From positions 32,001-96,000 of the IMG/VR virus record IMGVR_UViG_3300027969_002881: a DNA stretch of 64,000 nucleotides, one strand, 5' to 3'. The position numbers and the translations under genes are program-made. This DNA is from a virus. The notes beneath the pieces were generated by a model, which was given only the letters and a program-made list of their open reading frames with translations, was not told the origin of the DNA and made no database searches. Numbering within the stretch: position 1 is the first letter of the stretch; each line of letters starts with the position of its first letter. Of the stretch, positions 9,025 to 17,043 are shown in pieces.

Positions 9025-9208
9025 TTTAGAATTAAACGATGAAGACTATGATGGTGGTTCCGACGACATAGTTCTTCATTGTGGCTACGTTAGACCTAGA
9101 CTTATTACTGTTGATTTAGACAATGATGATGTCAGTGATTATGTAGCACAGAGATTGGCAATAGCCCGTGAAAAGGCTATGATGGCATATAAAGAAAAAT
9201 GGGCTTAA
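8756..9208 (+). CDS. overlapping +1-frame ORF; C-terminal ~60 aa probably coding, true start uncertain
   Basis: frame stays open across the upstream gene and fills 9025-9208 up to a terminator; no in-frame ATG until the last few codons. Confidence 0.45.
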   Translation: MQLPQHLLLLKHLLRQKKLRSLLPLQQPLLHLLHQRKCLRLISQRQKLKKKLRQRQLNQQTLKVLHLHQHLLSKQTKRLLLSLPQHQLSNLELNDEDYDGGSDDIVLHCGYVRPRLITVDLDNDDVSDYVAQRLAIAREKAMMAYKEKWA

Positions 9209-9224
9209 TTGCCCATTTTCTTTT
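9196..9224 (+). terminator. intrinsic terminator
   Basis: AAAATGGGC-TTAATT-GCCCATTTT followed by CTTTT. Confidence 0.7.
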
Positions 9225-9225
9225 A

Positions 9226-9254
9226 TTGACACAAATTGATTTTGGTGCTATAAT
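9226..9254 (+). promoter_or_regulatory. sigma70-type early promoter P1
   Basis: TTGACA-17 bp-TATAAT. Confidence 0.85.
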
Positions 9255-9259
9255 ATAGC

Positions 9260-9502
9260 ATGACTAAAGAAAAAGTAAACGATATTATTCAATGGTCCGG
9301 TGCGTTTTTTATCACAGCCGGACACGTTCTTAATACACTTGGTAGCTCATATCACCAGGATCTGTGGAACATTGCGGCATTTGCAGTTGGAACAACCTTG
9401 TTCCTAACATGGACAATCCGTGTTGTAAATAAGCCACAGATGGCTGTGAATATAGCCGCACTGGCTACGATGGCTGTGGGCTTGTATAAAGCCTTTAATT
9501 GA
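9260..9502 (+). CDS. small membrane protein (80 aa, ~3 TM), probably leaderless
   Basis: three hydrophobic segments; ATG 5 nt after -10 box, no SD. Confidence 0.75.
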   Translation: MTKEKVNDIIQWSGAFFITAGHVLNTLGSSYHQDLWNIAAFAVGTTLFLTWTIRVVNKPQMAVNIAALATMAVGLYKAFN

Positions 9503-9527
9503 CACAAATTGGTTTTGGCGTTATAAT
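9499..9527 (+). promoter_or_regulatory. sigma70-type early promoter P2
   Basis: TTGACA-17 bp-TATAAT. Confidence 0.85.
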
Positions 9528-9557
9528 ACATATATAGTAACAAAACAGGAGCAAAAG

Positions 9558-9839
9558 ATGTCCTACGTAATCGTTTCCAAAGGCACAGGCCTTATTGTAA
9601 CAGATGGCCCTAATTACACTAAGGCTTACAAAACTTTTAGTGCCGCTAAAGCCACTCGCACTCGTTTGTGCAACAAAGCAGGCTGGAGCGAAAGCGACTT
9701 GAGCATTGTTGCTCGTGAAACTTATCGTGCGCCAGGTAGGATCACTGTTAAGAACTTGATGACTGGCAAATTGGTAGAAATCGATGCTGATACTCCTTGG
9801 GCTTGCCGAGTTGACAGCGAATCTTTTTGGTGTAATTGA
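9558..9839 (+). CDS. hypothetical phage protein (93 aa)
   Basis: SD CAGGAG; own promoter. Confidence 0.85.
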   Translation: MSYVIVSKGTGLIVTDGPNYTKAYKTFSAAKATRTRLCNKAGWSESDLSIVARETYRAPGRITVKNLMTGKLVEIDADTPWACRVDSESFWCN

Positions 9840-9864
9840 CACAAATTGGCAATTTTGCTACAAT
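9836..9864 (+). promoter_or_regulatory. sigma70-type early promoter P3
   Basis: TTGACA-17 bp-TACAAT. Confidence 0.8.
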
Positions 9865-9891
9865 ACATATATTAACAAAACAGGAGTCAAA

Positions 9892-10101
9892 ATGACAAAA
9901 TTTTCCATAGTTAAACCCGAACTGATTAAACAAGCCCTTCGTAAGAAAGCAAACGGTCAAAAGCATATTGCTCGTACAAAAATTGTCGAGGTCGCAGAAC
10001 ATATTACAGACGAAGTGGTTACATTTCTGACAGTAGACAATATGAACGAACTTGCTATGGCAGTAGGCGGCACTTATAAAGACGGCAAAATCATATTTTA
10101 A
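9892..10101 (+). CDS. hypothetical protein (69 aa)
   Basis: start reassigned to ATG 9892 after SD CAGGAG, downstream of P3. Confidence 0.8.
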   Translation: MTKFSIVKPELIKQALRKKANGQKHIARTKIVEVAEHITDEVVTFLTVDNMNELAMAVGGTYKDGKIIF

Positions 10102-10105
10102 TATT

Positions 10106-10366
10106 ATGATTAATATCAACGGATTAACTCATGAACAGGTCGAGATGCTGGATATCATCTGGGGTTTCGACACCAAAGAAGAATACAACGATTGGATGGA
10201 AAACTTGGATATTGAAGAATACAACATGTGCCGTGGCCTGATGGAATTGCTGACTTTGGCTATTCTTGATGAATCTCTTGAGAGCCGAGGCCGGCCGGCA
10301 GATCGCTATAAAGATGCAAACAAAGTTATCAATCAAGTTAAATCAAAGTTGACACAAAATAAATAA
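10106..10366 (+). CDS. hypothetical acidic protein (86 aa)
   Basis: ORF track, co-oriented, 4-nt gap. Confidence 0.75.
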   Translation: MININGLTHEQVEMLDIIWGFDTKEEYNDWMENLDIEEYNMCRGLMELLTLAILDESLESRGRPADRYKDANKVINQVKSKLTQNK

Positions 10367-10377
10367 TCCATTATAAT
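10349..10377 (+). promoter_or_regulatory. sigma70-type early promoter P4
   Basis: TTGACA-17 bp-TATAAT. Confidence 0.8.
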
Positions 10378-10397
10378 ATGGATTGTTAGGAAGAATT

Positions 10398-10562
10398 ATG
10401 AAACGAGAAATTATCACTGCTAAAGTTCCAAAACAAAAGCGACGTGCTGACTTCTTGTTCCATGATGGGCAGTTCAAGCCAAAGTGTGTTCAAAGCAAAG
10501 TTTTATACAATCGTAAAAAATTGGTAAAACTTAACATTGACACAAATGGTAAAGACTGCTAA
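10398..10562 (+). CDS. 54-aa basic peptide, ArfA-like (not in ORF track)
   Basis: hand-translated MKREIITAKVPKQKRRADFLFHDGQFKPKCVQSKVLYNRKKLVKLNIDTNGKDC; SD TAGGAAG; downstream of P4. Confidence 0.65.
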   Translation: MKREIITAKVPKQKRRADFLFHDGQFKPKCVQSKVLYNRKKLVKLNIDTNGKDC

Positions 10563-10565
10563 AAT
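10537..10565 (+). promoter_or_regulatory. sigma70-type early promoter P5
   Basis: TTGACA-17 bp-TAAAAT. Confidence 0.75.
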
Positions 10566-10631
10566 AACGGTATGATAAGCAATAGTGCATGTCATACATT
10601 TTACACACACAGAGAAAAGGTAAATTTCAAA

Positions 10632-10889
10632 ATGGCTACTTCTAAACTTTTTACAGTTATCGGCGTTTCAACACTTGCAGGCAAAACTAAAGTTCGCTTT
10701 GCTAACGACCTCGCCACTCGTATTAAAAACTTGGTCAAGAACGGACACACTAATATTGAGTTGTTCGAACTGCCAACAGCAATGACCAAAGAGGCTGGTC
10801 TTGCTTATGCTAAGGCAAACTCCTTGTTTGCTATTCCTGCAGACACAGACACTTCTGCAGAAGATGTTATTGCCGCAGTTAGTAAGTAA
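10632..10889 (+). CDS. hypothetical phage protein (85 aa, MATSKLF...)
   Basis: SD-like AAAAGG before ATG 10632; alternative start 10572. Confidence 0.8.
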   Translation: MATSKLFTVIGVSTLAGKTKVRFANDLATRIKNLVKNGHTNIELFELPTAMTKEAGLAYAKANSLFAIPADTDTSAEDVIAAVSK

Positions 10890-10902
10890 TAGCATATTAT
10901 AT

Positions 10903-10928
10903 GCAGGGGTGTTCTGCCCCTGCTTTTT
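10903..10928 (+). terminator. intrinsic terminator
   Basis: GCAGGGG-TGTTCTG-CCCCTGC followed by TTTTT. Confidence 0.8.
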
Positions 10929-10947
10929 AATTTTATAAGGAAGTGTG

Positions 10948-11175
10948 ATGCTGACTAAACAAGAGATAGAATATATACAGGCTGCACCTGCTCCTGGCAT
11001 AGTATTCCAAACATTAAATGATATATTACAGTGGGAAGGTTGGAACAGTCCAACTCATAAAGGCTGGGTCTGCTGGGCTGTAGAACAAAGCCTAATTGCC
11101 AAAGGCTTACTTGTTAAAGTAAGTGGCGGCCGTGGTCGCGGTCGTAAAAATCATTTCATGTTAAAAGCCTTTTAA
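10948..11175 (+). CDS. hypothetical protein (~75 aa)
   Basis: SD AAGGAAG; GTG 10945 or ATG 10948. Confidence 0.7.
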   Translation: MLTKQEIEYIQAAPAPGIVFQTLNDILQWEGWNSPTHKGWVCWAVEQSLIAKGLLVKVSGGRGRGRKNHFMLKAF

Positions 11176-11187
11176 AAAGGAAGCGTG

Positions 11188-11406
11188 ATGAGCAGACTCC
11201 AATTACATGGTAGACAATTTATGGTGTTCGATCCCAGTGACAAACAACACCGCAAGTGGTTCGCCGATTTTAACAAGAACAGATCATGGTCTCGCTGTCC
11301 AGTTCGTTTTGTGGTCAATGACGACCATGGTGATTTGGTCACCCAAATCCAAAGAGAGTTAATCCAACATTATGTTGACAAAGAATTTAAATCCATTAAA
11401 GAATAA
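11188..11406 (+). CDS. hypothetical protein (~72 aa)
   Basis: SD AAGGAAG; same AAGGAAG(T/C)GTGATG start context as previous gene. Confidence 0.75.
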   Translation: MSRLQLHGRQFMVFDPSDKQHRKWFADFNKNRSWSRCPVRFVVNDDHGDLVTQIQRELIQHYVDKEFKSIKE

Positions 11407-11407
11407 T

Positions 11408-11518
11408 ATGACACAACCTGTTACACACAAAGTCGGCGACAAAGTTCGCAGTTCAACTGGCGGCACGATCACTTACACAACGACAGGTCTAATCCATACA
11501 ATGTCGAAGAATCGTTAA
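11408..11518 (+). CDS. 36-aa peptide (not in ORF track)
   Basis: hand-translated MTQPVTHKVGDKVRSSTGGTITYTTTGLIHTMSKNR; fills gap between previous stop and P6. Confidence 0.5.
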   Translation: MTQPVTHKVGDKVRSSTGGTITYTTTGLIHTMSKNR

Positions 11519-11547
11519 TTGACACAAATTAAGATTTTAGATATAAT
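11519..11547 (+). promoter_or_regulatory. sigma70-type early promoter P6
   Basis: TTGACA-17 bp-TATAAT. Confidence 0.85.
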
Positions 11548-11577
11548 AGACACATAGTTTAACAAAAGGAGTTAGTA

Positions 11578-12687
11578 ATGGCAAAGCGTGAACAGGCAAG
11601 TGAAGCCCGTACAGTAAAAATTAGTGAGGCAAAGCGGTACATCCGCCATGCTATGAAGGCTAAACGACCCGTATTTCTATGGGGTCCTCCAGGCGTAGGT
11701 AAATCCGACCTTGCCGCACAATTGGCAGAAGACATGGGCGGCGCACTTATTGACGTGCGTTTGAACTTGTGGGAACCTACAGACATTAAAGGTATCCCTT
11801 ATTACAATGCTAAAGAGAATGTTATGAGCTGGGCTCCCCCAGCAGAACTGCCCACTAAAGAGTTTGCTAAGAAGCATCCCGTGGTAGTCTTGTTCTTGGA
11901 CGAGCTAGCAGGTGCCGCACCTGCGGTACAGGCCGCGGCTTACCAACTTATCCTTAACCGCAAGGTAGGCACATATGAACTGCCAGACAATGTTGTTATT
12001 ATGGCGGCTGGTAACCGGATGTCCGACAAAGGTGTAACTTATCGTATGCCAACGCCGTTGGCTAACCGTTTTGTACACTTTGAACTTCGCGTGGACTTTG
12101 CGGACTGGAACGTGTGGGCTTTGAAGAACCGTATACATCCAGACGTAGTTGGTTATTTGAACTACCAAAAAGGTGACCTCTACAACTTTGATCCCACAGT
12201 ACACGACCGTAGCTTTGCTACTCCACGTAGCTGGAGTTTTGTGTCGGATCTTATTGATGACGAGATGACAGACAACGAGCAGACCGATATGGTATGTGGT
12301 TGTATTGGTGAAGGACTTGCTATTAAGTTTATGGCTCATCGTAAGATTAGCGCAGACTTGCCTAACCCCGCAGACATTCTTGCTGGTAAAGTTAAAGAGC
12401 TTAAGGTTAAAGAAGTGTCCGCTATGTACAGTTTGACAACTGGCATGTGCTACGAGCTCAAAGACAACTACGAGAACGCTAAGAAGAGCGGCAAGCTGGA
12501 CACATGGCACTCTAACTGTGAAAACTTTATCCAGTTTATGATGGATAATTTTGAGGCAGAGATGGTTATTATGGGTGCCCATACAGCACTTAAGAATTAC
12601 AACTTGCCCTTTGACCACAAGAAGCTTAAGAACTTCCCGGACTTCTTTAAACGCTATGCTCACTTGGTAGTGGATGTATCCAATTAA
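11578..12687 (+). CDS. MoxR-type AAA+ ATPase
   Basis: Walker A GPPGVGKS, Walker B LFLDE, AAGNR, PLANRF arginine finger. Confidence 0.9.
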   Translation: MAKREQASEARTVKISEAKRYIRHAMKAKRPVFLWGPPGVGKSDLAAQLAEDMGGALIDVRLNLWEPTDIKGIPYYNAKENVMSWAPPAELPTKEFAKKHPVVVLFLDELAGAAPAVQAAAYQLILNRKVGTYELPDNVVIMAAGNRMSDKGVTYRMPTPLANRFVHFELRVDFADWNVWALKNRIHPDVVGYLNYQKGDLYNFDPTVHDRSFATPRSWSFVSDLIDDEMTDNEQTDMVCGCIGEGLAIKFMAHRKISADLPNPADILAGKVKELKVKEVSAMYSLTTGMCYELKDNYENAKKSGKLDTWHSNCENFIQFMMDNFEAEMVIMGAHTALKNYNLPFDHKKLKNFPDFFKRYAHLVVDVSN

Positions 12688-13054
12688 AGAATCTGAGAAC
12701 AAACGAAAGGCCTTGGAAGTGTTAAACTTCTGGGTGCCTGACGAAGAGAAGAAAGACTTAATTCCTTTTTTGGATGGTACAGTAGACTTAGTATATGGTG
12801 GATTGGATTATGCCAGAAGTGTGATAGGTACTGACAAAATTACAAGAAGCATGATCATTGACTACTTTGAACATGCTCAAACTACTTGGCCAAAGACAAC
12901 TATGCCTATAGGTGTTTCTAGGGCGTTAGTAAAAAGTTGGTGTAAAGAACTAGGCATTAAACCTTTACACTATTATTCTACAATGCATAATAGATATATT
13001 TGGTTTAAAGAAGAGCAGGACTCTTTTGCTTTCAAATTAAAATTTGGTTTGTAA
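12674..13054 (+). CDS. hypothetical protein (126 aa)
   Basis: ORF between ATPase and P7. Confidence 0.7.
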   Translation: MYPIKESENKRKALEVLNFWVPDEEKKDLIPFLDGTVDLVYGGLDYARSVIGTDKITRSMIIDYFEHAQTTWPKTTMPIGVSRALVKSWCKELGIKPLHYYSTMHNRYIWFKEEQDSFAFKLKFGL

Positions 13055-13083
13055 TTGACACAAATATATTTTGCATATATAAT
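13055..13083 (+). promoter_or_regulatory. sigma70-type early promoter P7
   Basis: TTGACA-17 bp-TATAAT. Confidence 0.85.
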
Positions 13084-13106
13084 ATATACATTAGTAAGGA
13101 ATACAT

Positions 13107-14327
13107 ATGAAACTAGATGTCAGAGACCGTTTAACTAAAGCTCGTGTTAAGATGCTACTAAAGCATCCGTTTTGGGGTAACTTAGCTACCCGCATGAAGA
13201 TTGTAGAAGCAGGAGACTGGTGCAAGACTGCCGCAACAGATGGTCGCCACTTTTACTACTGTGAAGAATTTATTAACAGCCTAGACGATGATGAACTAGT
13301 GTTCCTGTTTGGACACGAAGTCGGACATTGCGTTTATAACCACATGGGACGTCGCGGAGAACGAGACCCTGCTTTGTGGAACATGGCCGGTGACTATCTT
13401 ATTAACGACATGCTTATCACAAATAATGTAGGTAAGAAGATTACTAAGGTGCCAATCCTATGGGATCCTAAGTACCGCGACATGACCGCAGAAGAAGTCT
13501 ATGACGAGCTGTTTAAGAACGCTGTTAAGATCCAAGTTACTTTGGACATGCACATGGACGGTACTGGAGAAGAAGGCGAAGGCGACGCTGATGGTAACGG
13601 CAAGAAAAAAGGTATAGGCAGTGACGGCAAGAGTGGCAGCTCGGGTATCAAAATTGATGACGAGACAATGAAGAAGATCCGAGATGAGGTCAAGGAAGCT
13701 GTTCTTCAAAGTGCTCAAGCCGCAGGCGCTGGTAACACTCCGGTAGGCATTAAACGCCTTATCCAACAATTTACTGCTCCTAAAATGCGTTGGCAGGATC
13801 TGTTACAGATCCAATTAGAGTCTAGCTTAAAGAATAATTATAGTTTTACACGACCAAGTCGCAAGGGCTGGCATACTGGCGCGGTACTGCCAGGTATGTT
13901 GCCAGCAGAACATTTGGATGTTGCTATTGCCATTGACATGTCGGGTAGTATTAGTGCAGAGATGGCACAGGACTTTTTGTCAGAAGTTAAGGGCATGATG
14001 GATATGTACACAACTTACAGTATCCACGTATTTTGCTTTGACACAGAAGTGTACAATCCTGTAACATTTACAGACGACAGTGGAGAAGACATTTACGAAT
14101 ATGAACCACAAGGTGGTGGTGGTACAGACTTTGACTGTGCGTTTAGGTACATGAAAGATAATGACATTAACCCTAAACAATTTGTAATGTTTACAGATGG
14201 ATATCCGTTTAACAGCTGGGGTGATGAAAACTACTGTGACACAATCTTCATTATACATGGTAATGACCAAATTGAAGCACCATTTGGTGTCACTGCTCAC
14301 TATGAATTAGACAGGGCTACAGCATAA
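13107..14327 (+). CDS. putative metallopeptidase + VWA domain protein (DUF2201-like)
   Basis: TAATDG, HEVGH (HExxH), WNMAGDY.IN, MIDAS DMSGS, GGGGTDF, FTDGY. Confidence 0.9.
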   Translation: MKLDVRDRLTKARVKMLLKHPFWGNLATRMKIVEAGDWCKTAATDGRHFYYCEEFINSLDDDELVFLFGHEVGHCVYNHMGRRGERDPALWNMAGDYLINDMLITNNVGKKITKVPILWDPKYRDMTAEEVYDELFKNAVKIQVTLDMHMDGTGEEGEGDADGNGKKKGIGSDGKSGSSGIKIDDETMKKIRDEVKEAVLQSAQAAGAGNTPVGIKRLIQQFTAPKMRWQDLLQIQLESSLKNNYSFTRPSRKGWHTGAVLPGMLPAEHLDVAIAIDMSGSISAEMAQDFLSEVKGMMDMYTTYSIHVFCFDTEVYNPVTFTDDSGEDIYEYEPQGGGGTDFDCAFRYMKDNDINPKQFVMFTDGYPFNSWGDENYCDTIFIIHGNDQIEAPFGVTAHYELDRATA

Positions 14328-14341
14328 AAAACTTAGTTTTT

Positions 14342-14367
14342 ATAGACCTTTCGGGGTCTATTTTTTT
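14342..14367 (+). terminator. intrinsic terminator with UUCG loop
   Basis: ATAGACCT-TTCG-GGGTCTAT followed by T6. Confidence 0.85.
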
Positions 14368-14394
14368 GACTTTATAATTTAATTAGTGTATAAT
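14366..14394 (+). promoter_or_regulatory. sigma70-type promoter (not of the CACAAA family)
   Basis: TTGACT-17 bp-TATAAT. Confidence 0.7.
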
Positions 14395-14406
14395 AAGACT
14401 ATGTAC

Positions 14407-14414
14407 TATAAATA
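14407..14414 (+). promoter_or_regulatory. T4-type late promoter TATAAATA
   Basis: exact consensus, intergenic, upstream of SD TAGGAG and ATG 14446. Confidence 0.65.
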
Positions 14415-14445
14415 TTTATGGTATATTATATAGGAGTTACCGAAC

Positions 14446-14679
14446 ATGAACATTCAAGATTTATCTATTTTACTTGCAGCCGTTGAGTTGGCTGTCAAGC
14501 GTGGCACATTCAGCATTTTTGAAATTGGTGCTGTTGGCCAAACTGCGGACAAACTAGCCGCTTTCCTTAAGGATGCTAACGAGCAAGCCGAAGCTGCCAA
14601 AGCTGCCGCTGAACAAGCTAGTGCCGAAGGTCAAGCACCTGCTGAAGCCGCTCCAGAAGCCCCGGCCGAGCAAGCCTAA
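14446..14679 (+). CDS. hypothetical protein (77 aa, Ala/Glu-rich tail)
   Basis: strong SD. Confidence 0.85.
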   Translation: MNIQDLSILLAAVELAVKRGTFSIFEIGAVGQTADKLAAFLKDANEQAEAAKAAAEQASAEGQAPAEAAPEAPAEQA

Positions 14680-14692
14680 TTAGGAGATTACT

Positions 14693-15298
14693 ATGCCCGA
14701 ATTTATCAAGCATGTTGGGCAGGTAAACAGCACAGGCAAGAAGTGTGTTGTAGTGTTCAGGGAAATCCCTGGCGCTACTGATTCTTGCCTTGTTGTTGAA
14801 ACTGAAACATTGCCACAATTATATCATGATGATGTGATCTCTGCTATCGAAAGTGCGGCGGCGCAAGAAGATATGGATTTCTTCAAGTATGCCACACGCA
14901 GTACTCTTCATGATGGTAGAAATATGCTGGAAGCCATGCACCTAAGTGGTTGGATGAAAAAACTTCCCACCAGTGAAGTCACTATGATGCCCACAAGAGA
15001 AATTAAGATTAGTTTACATGATCTTAATAAACAATTATCATCTTTAAACAAGGACAGTAAATCGACAAGTGGAGATATTTCTGCTGATGAGGGAACAAGC
15101 ACTCCAGCTGGTGTACTTGACGATACAAAAATTGCCAATCAAATGCGTAGTCAAGCGTCATTCTTTCACAAAGAATCACAGCGATTATTAGCTGAAGCTG
15201 AAGCACTTGATCCAAGTAAAACTAAAACTACTGTTAAAGAATCTGTTACCGCAGATCCAGAGGTTAAAGTTAAAAGAAAATATACTAAAAAAAAGTAA
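14693..15298 (+). CDS. hypothetical phage protein (201 aa)
   Basis: SD TAGGAG; basic C-terminus. Confidence 0.85.
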   Translation: MPEFIKHVGQVNSTGKKCVVVFREIPGATDSCLVVETETLPQLYHDDVISAIESAAAQEDMDFFKYATRSTLHDGRNMLEAMHLSGWMKKLPTSEVTMMPTREIKISLHDLNKQLSSLNKDSKSTSGDISADEGTSTPAGVLDDTKIANQMRSQASFFHKESQRLLAEAEALDPSKTKTTVKESVTADPEVKVKRKYTKKK

Positions 15299-15314
15299 TT
15301 AAGGAACCCACGAC

Positions 15315-15632
15315 ATGGCAATTAGGAGAAAGGATCGAAGTTTTGAAGAGATCCTTAAAGATGTGGTCATGGAAGAAGTTCCAATAGAATACATCACACA
15401 CATTCAACTAAAATTGAATGATGGGAATACTTTAGAATTTAGTCAAGAAGAACTATCGGGCATGAAAGATGCCAGAGAAGTTTTAAAGGCACAGGGACTT
15501 GAACATTTAAAAGAACAGGTACAAGACATTGAAGTTTTTATTGACAGTGCTAAAATCAAAGGCAAAGTTATTCAATATGTAAGAACTTTATTAACTAGCC
15601 AATTTGGCGATGAAAATGACACTAAGAACTGA
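15315..15632 (+). CDS. hypothetical protein (105 aa)
   Basis: SD AAGGA. Confidence 0.8.
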   Translation: MAIRRKDRSFEEILKDVVMEEVPIEYITHIQLKLNDGNTLEFSQEELSGMKDAREVLKAQGLEHLKEQVQDIEVFIDSAKIKGKVIQYVRTLLTSQFGDENDTKN

Positions 15633-16500
15633 AATTGATTTTGAAAAAGATACGAACTATGTTCCAGTATTGGATCATGGTTTTGTAGGTCTTGTTGACC
15701 ATATGGGCAGTGATAACGCTATTGTTCAGGCTGCTCGTGTTAGCTATGGTGCTGGCACAAAACAAGTTCAAGACGATAGAAACCTAATCCGTTATCTAAT
15801 GCGTCATGAACACACAACACCATTTGAGATGTGCGAAGTAAAGTTTCACATTAAACTTCCTATCTTCGTTATGCGACAACTTGTACGGCATCGTACTGCC
15901 AGCATGAACGAATATAGTGCTCGTTATAGTGTGCTTACAGATGAGTTTTACATTCCCGAACTAGAACAAATCCAAAAGCAAAGCACAACTAACAAGCAGG
16001 GTCGTGAAGATGCTGAATGGGGCTTTGAAGAAAAACGCGGTGTACAACATGCCTTCCAACGTAGCTTTCATAATGCTTATAAAGAATATGCAAGTTTGCT
16101 AGGAAAAGAAGACTCTGGACTGGCTCGTGAGTTGGCTAGAAGTGTGCTTCCAGTAGGCGGATATACAGAATTGTATTGGAAAGCCAACTTGAAGAACTTC
16201 TTACACATGGCTCGCTTGCGTATGGATCCACACGCACAATGGGAAATCCGAGAGTTTGCAGGTGCTATGTATGACTTGGTTAAACCTTTGTTTCCTGAAG
16301 CCTGTTCGGCATTTGAAGACTACGCTGTTAATACTGTCAAGTTCAGTGCCGGAGAGTATGACTTATTAAAGAATTTAATCAGCTACGAAAAATGGATTAC
16401 ATTAATTGAAAAATACGGTAATGACGAAAAAGCCCTGGGACAAGACGCAGGGCTTGGTGTTCGTGAACTAAAAGAATTTAAAGAAAAATTAGGTTTGTAA
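15610..16500 (+). CDS. thyX: FAD-dependent thymidylate synthase ThyX
   Basis: RHRTASMNEYSARY (RHRxxSxxxxSxR), HTTPFE, AQWEIR; start 15610 or 15616. Confidence 0.95.
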   Translation: MKMTLRTEIDFEKDTNYVPVLDHGFVGLVDHMGSDNAIVQAARVSYGAGTKQVQDDRNLIRYLMRHEHTTPFEMCEVKFHIKLPIFVMRQLVRHRTASMNEYSARYSVLTDEFYIPELEQIQKQSTTNKQGREDAEWGFEEKRGVQHAFQRSFHNAYKEYASLLGKEDSGLARELARSVLPVGGYTELYWKANLKNFLHMARLRMDPHAQWEIREFAGAMYDLVKPLFPEACSAFEDYAVNTVKFSAGEYDLLKNLISYEKWITLIEKYGNDEKALGQDAGLGVRELKEFKEKLGL

Positions 16501-17043
16501 CGGATCAATACTTATCTCATTTATGTGCAGATAAGCTGGTTGTTCAGTTAACCATTTAATATAATTGGCGGCATCCTGAATTGTAATTGTTTTACGTCCA
16601 GGATGTTTCTCTTGCATGTTACTTAAAGTACCGAAGCTAATATAGCTTACTCTAGGTCCTTCATTCCATACTCCGTTAAGACATAGACTATTACAATAGT
16701 CACGCAATGCTTTCTTTTCCGCATTGTATAACCAATCTGTGGCTTTCATTACTCTATCAGTTGTACTACCAATAGCAATAATATGAGTTTTCTTTCCTAA
16801 TGCTTTTAACTTTTTGTACGTTGCTTCAAGTAATAGTGTTTGATTAAACTTCCACAATGCGCTACATAATATAACAACATCATATTCATGCGCTGATTCA
16901 GAAAACCTCTGTTGCTGTTCTGCTTTGGTTAAATCATAACCACAGCTTCTACTTATAAAGGTAACGTCGTGTTCTGCTAGAGATTCTTTTAATCCTTCTG
17001 CTAGACCATAATTGCTATTGCCTGCTATTAATATTTTTTTCAT
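16489..17043 (-). CDS. short-chain dehydrogenase/reductase (SDR)
   Basis: ILIAGNSNYGLAEG Rossmann start; YNAEK (YxxxK). Confidence 0.75.
   Translation of the reverse strand: MKKILIAGNSNYGLAEGLKESLAEHDVTFISRSCGYDLTKAEQQQRFSESAHEYDVVILCSALWKFNQTLLLEATYKKLKALGKKTHIIAIGSTTDRVMKATDWLYNAEKKALRDYCNSLCLNGVWNEGPRVSYISFGTLSNMQEKHPGRKTITIQDAANYIKWLTEQPAYLHINEISIDPLQT

Noticed and set aside
11905-12702. 265-aa antisense ORF over the AAA+ ATPase (also 13458..13769, 13980..14300)
   Set aside because: Mirror-frame ORF expected from the strong codon bias of the sense gene; no SD or motifs, and fully covered by a well-supported CDS
9226-13083. Repeated TTGACACAAA units as a CRISPR array or integron attC array
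   Set aside because: Repeats are short and non-palindromic, irregularly spaced by whole genes, and fully explained as -35/-10 promoters; no cas or integrase gene
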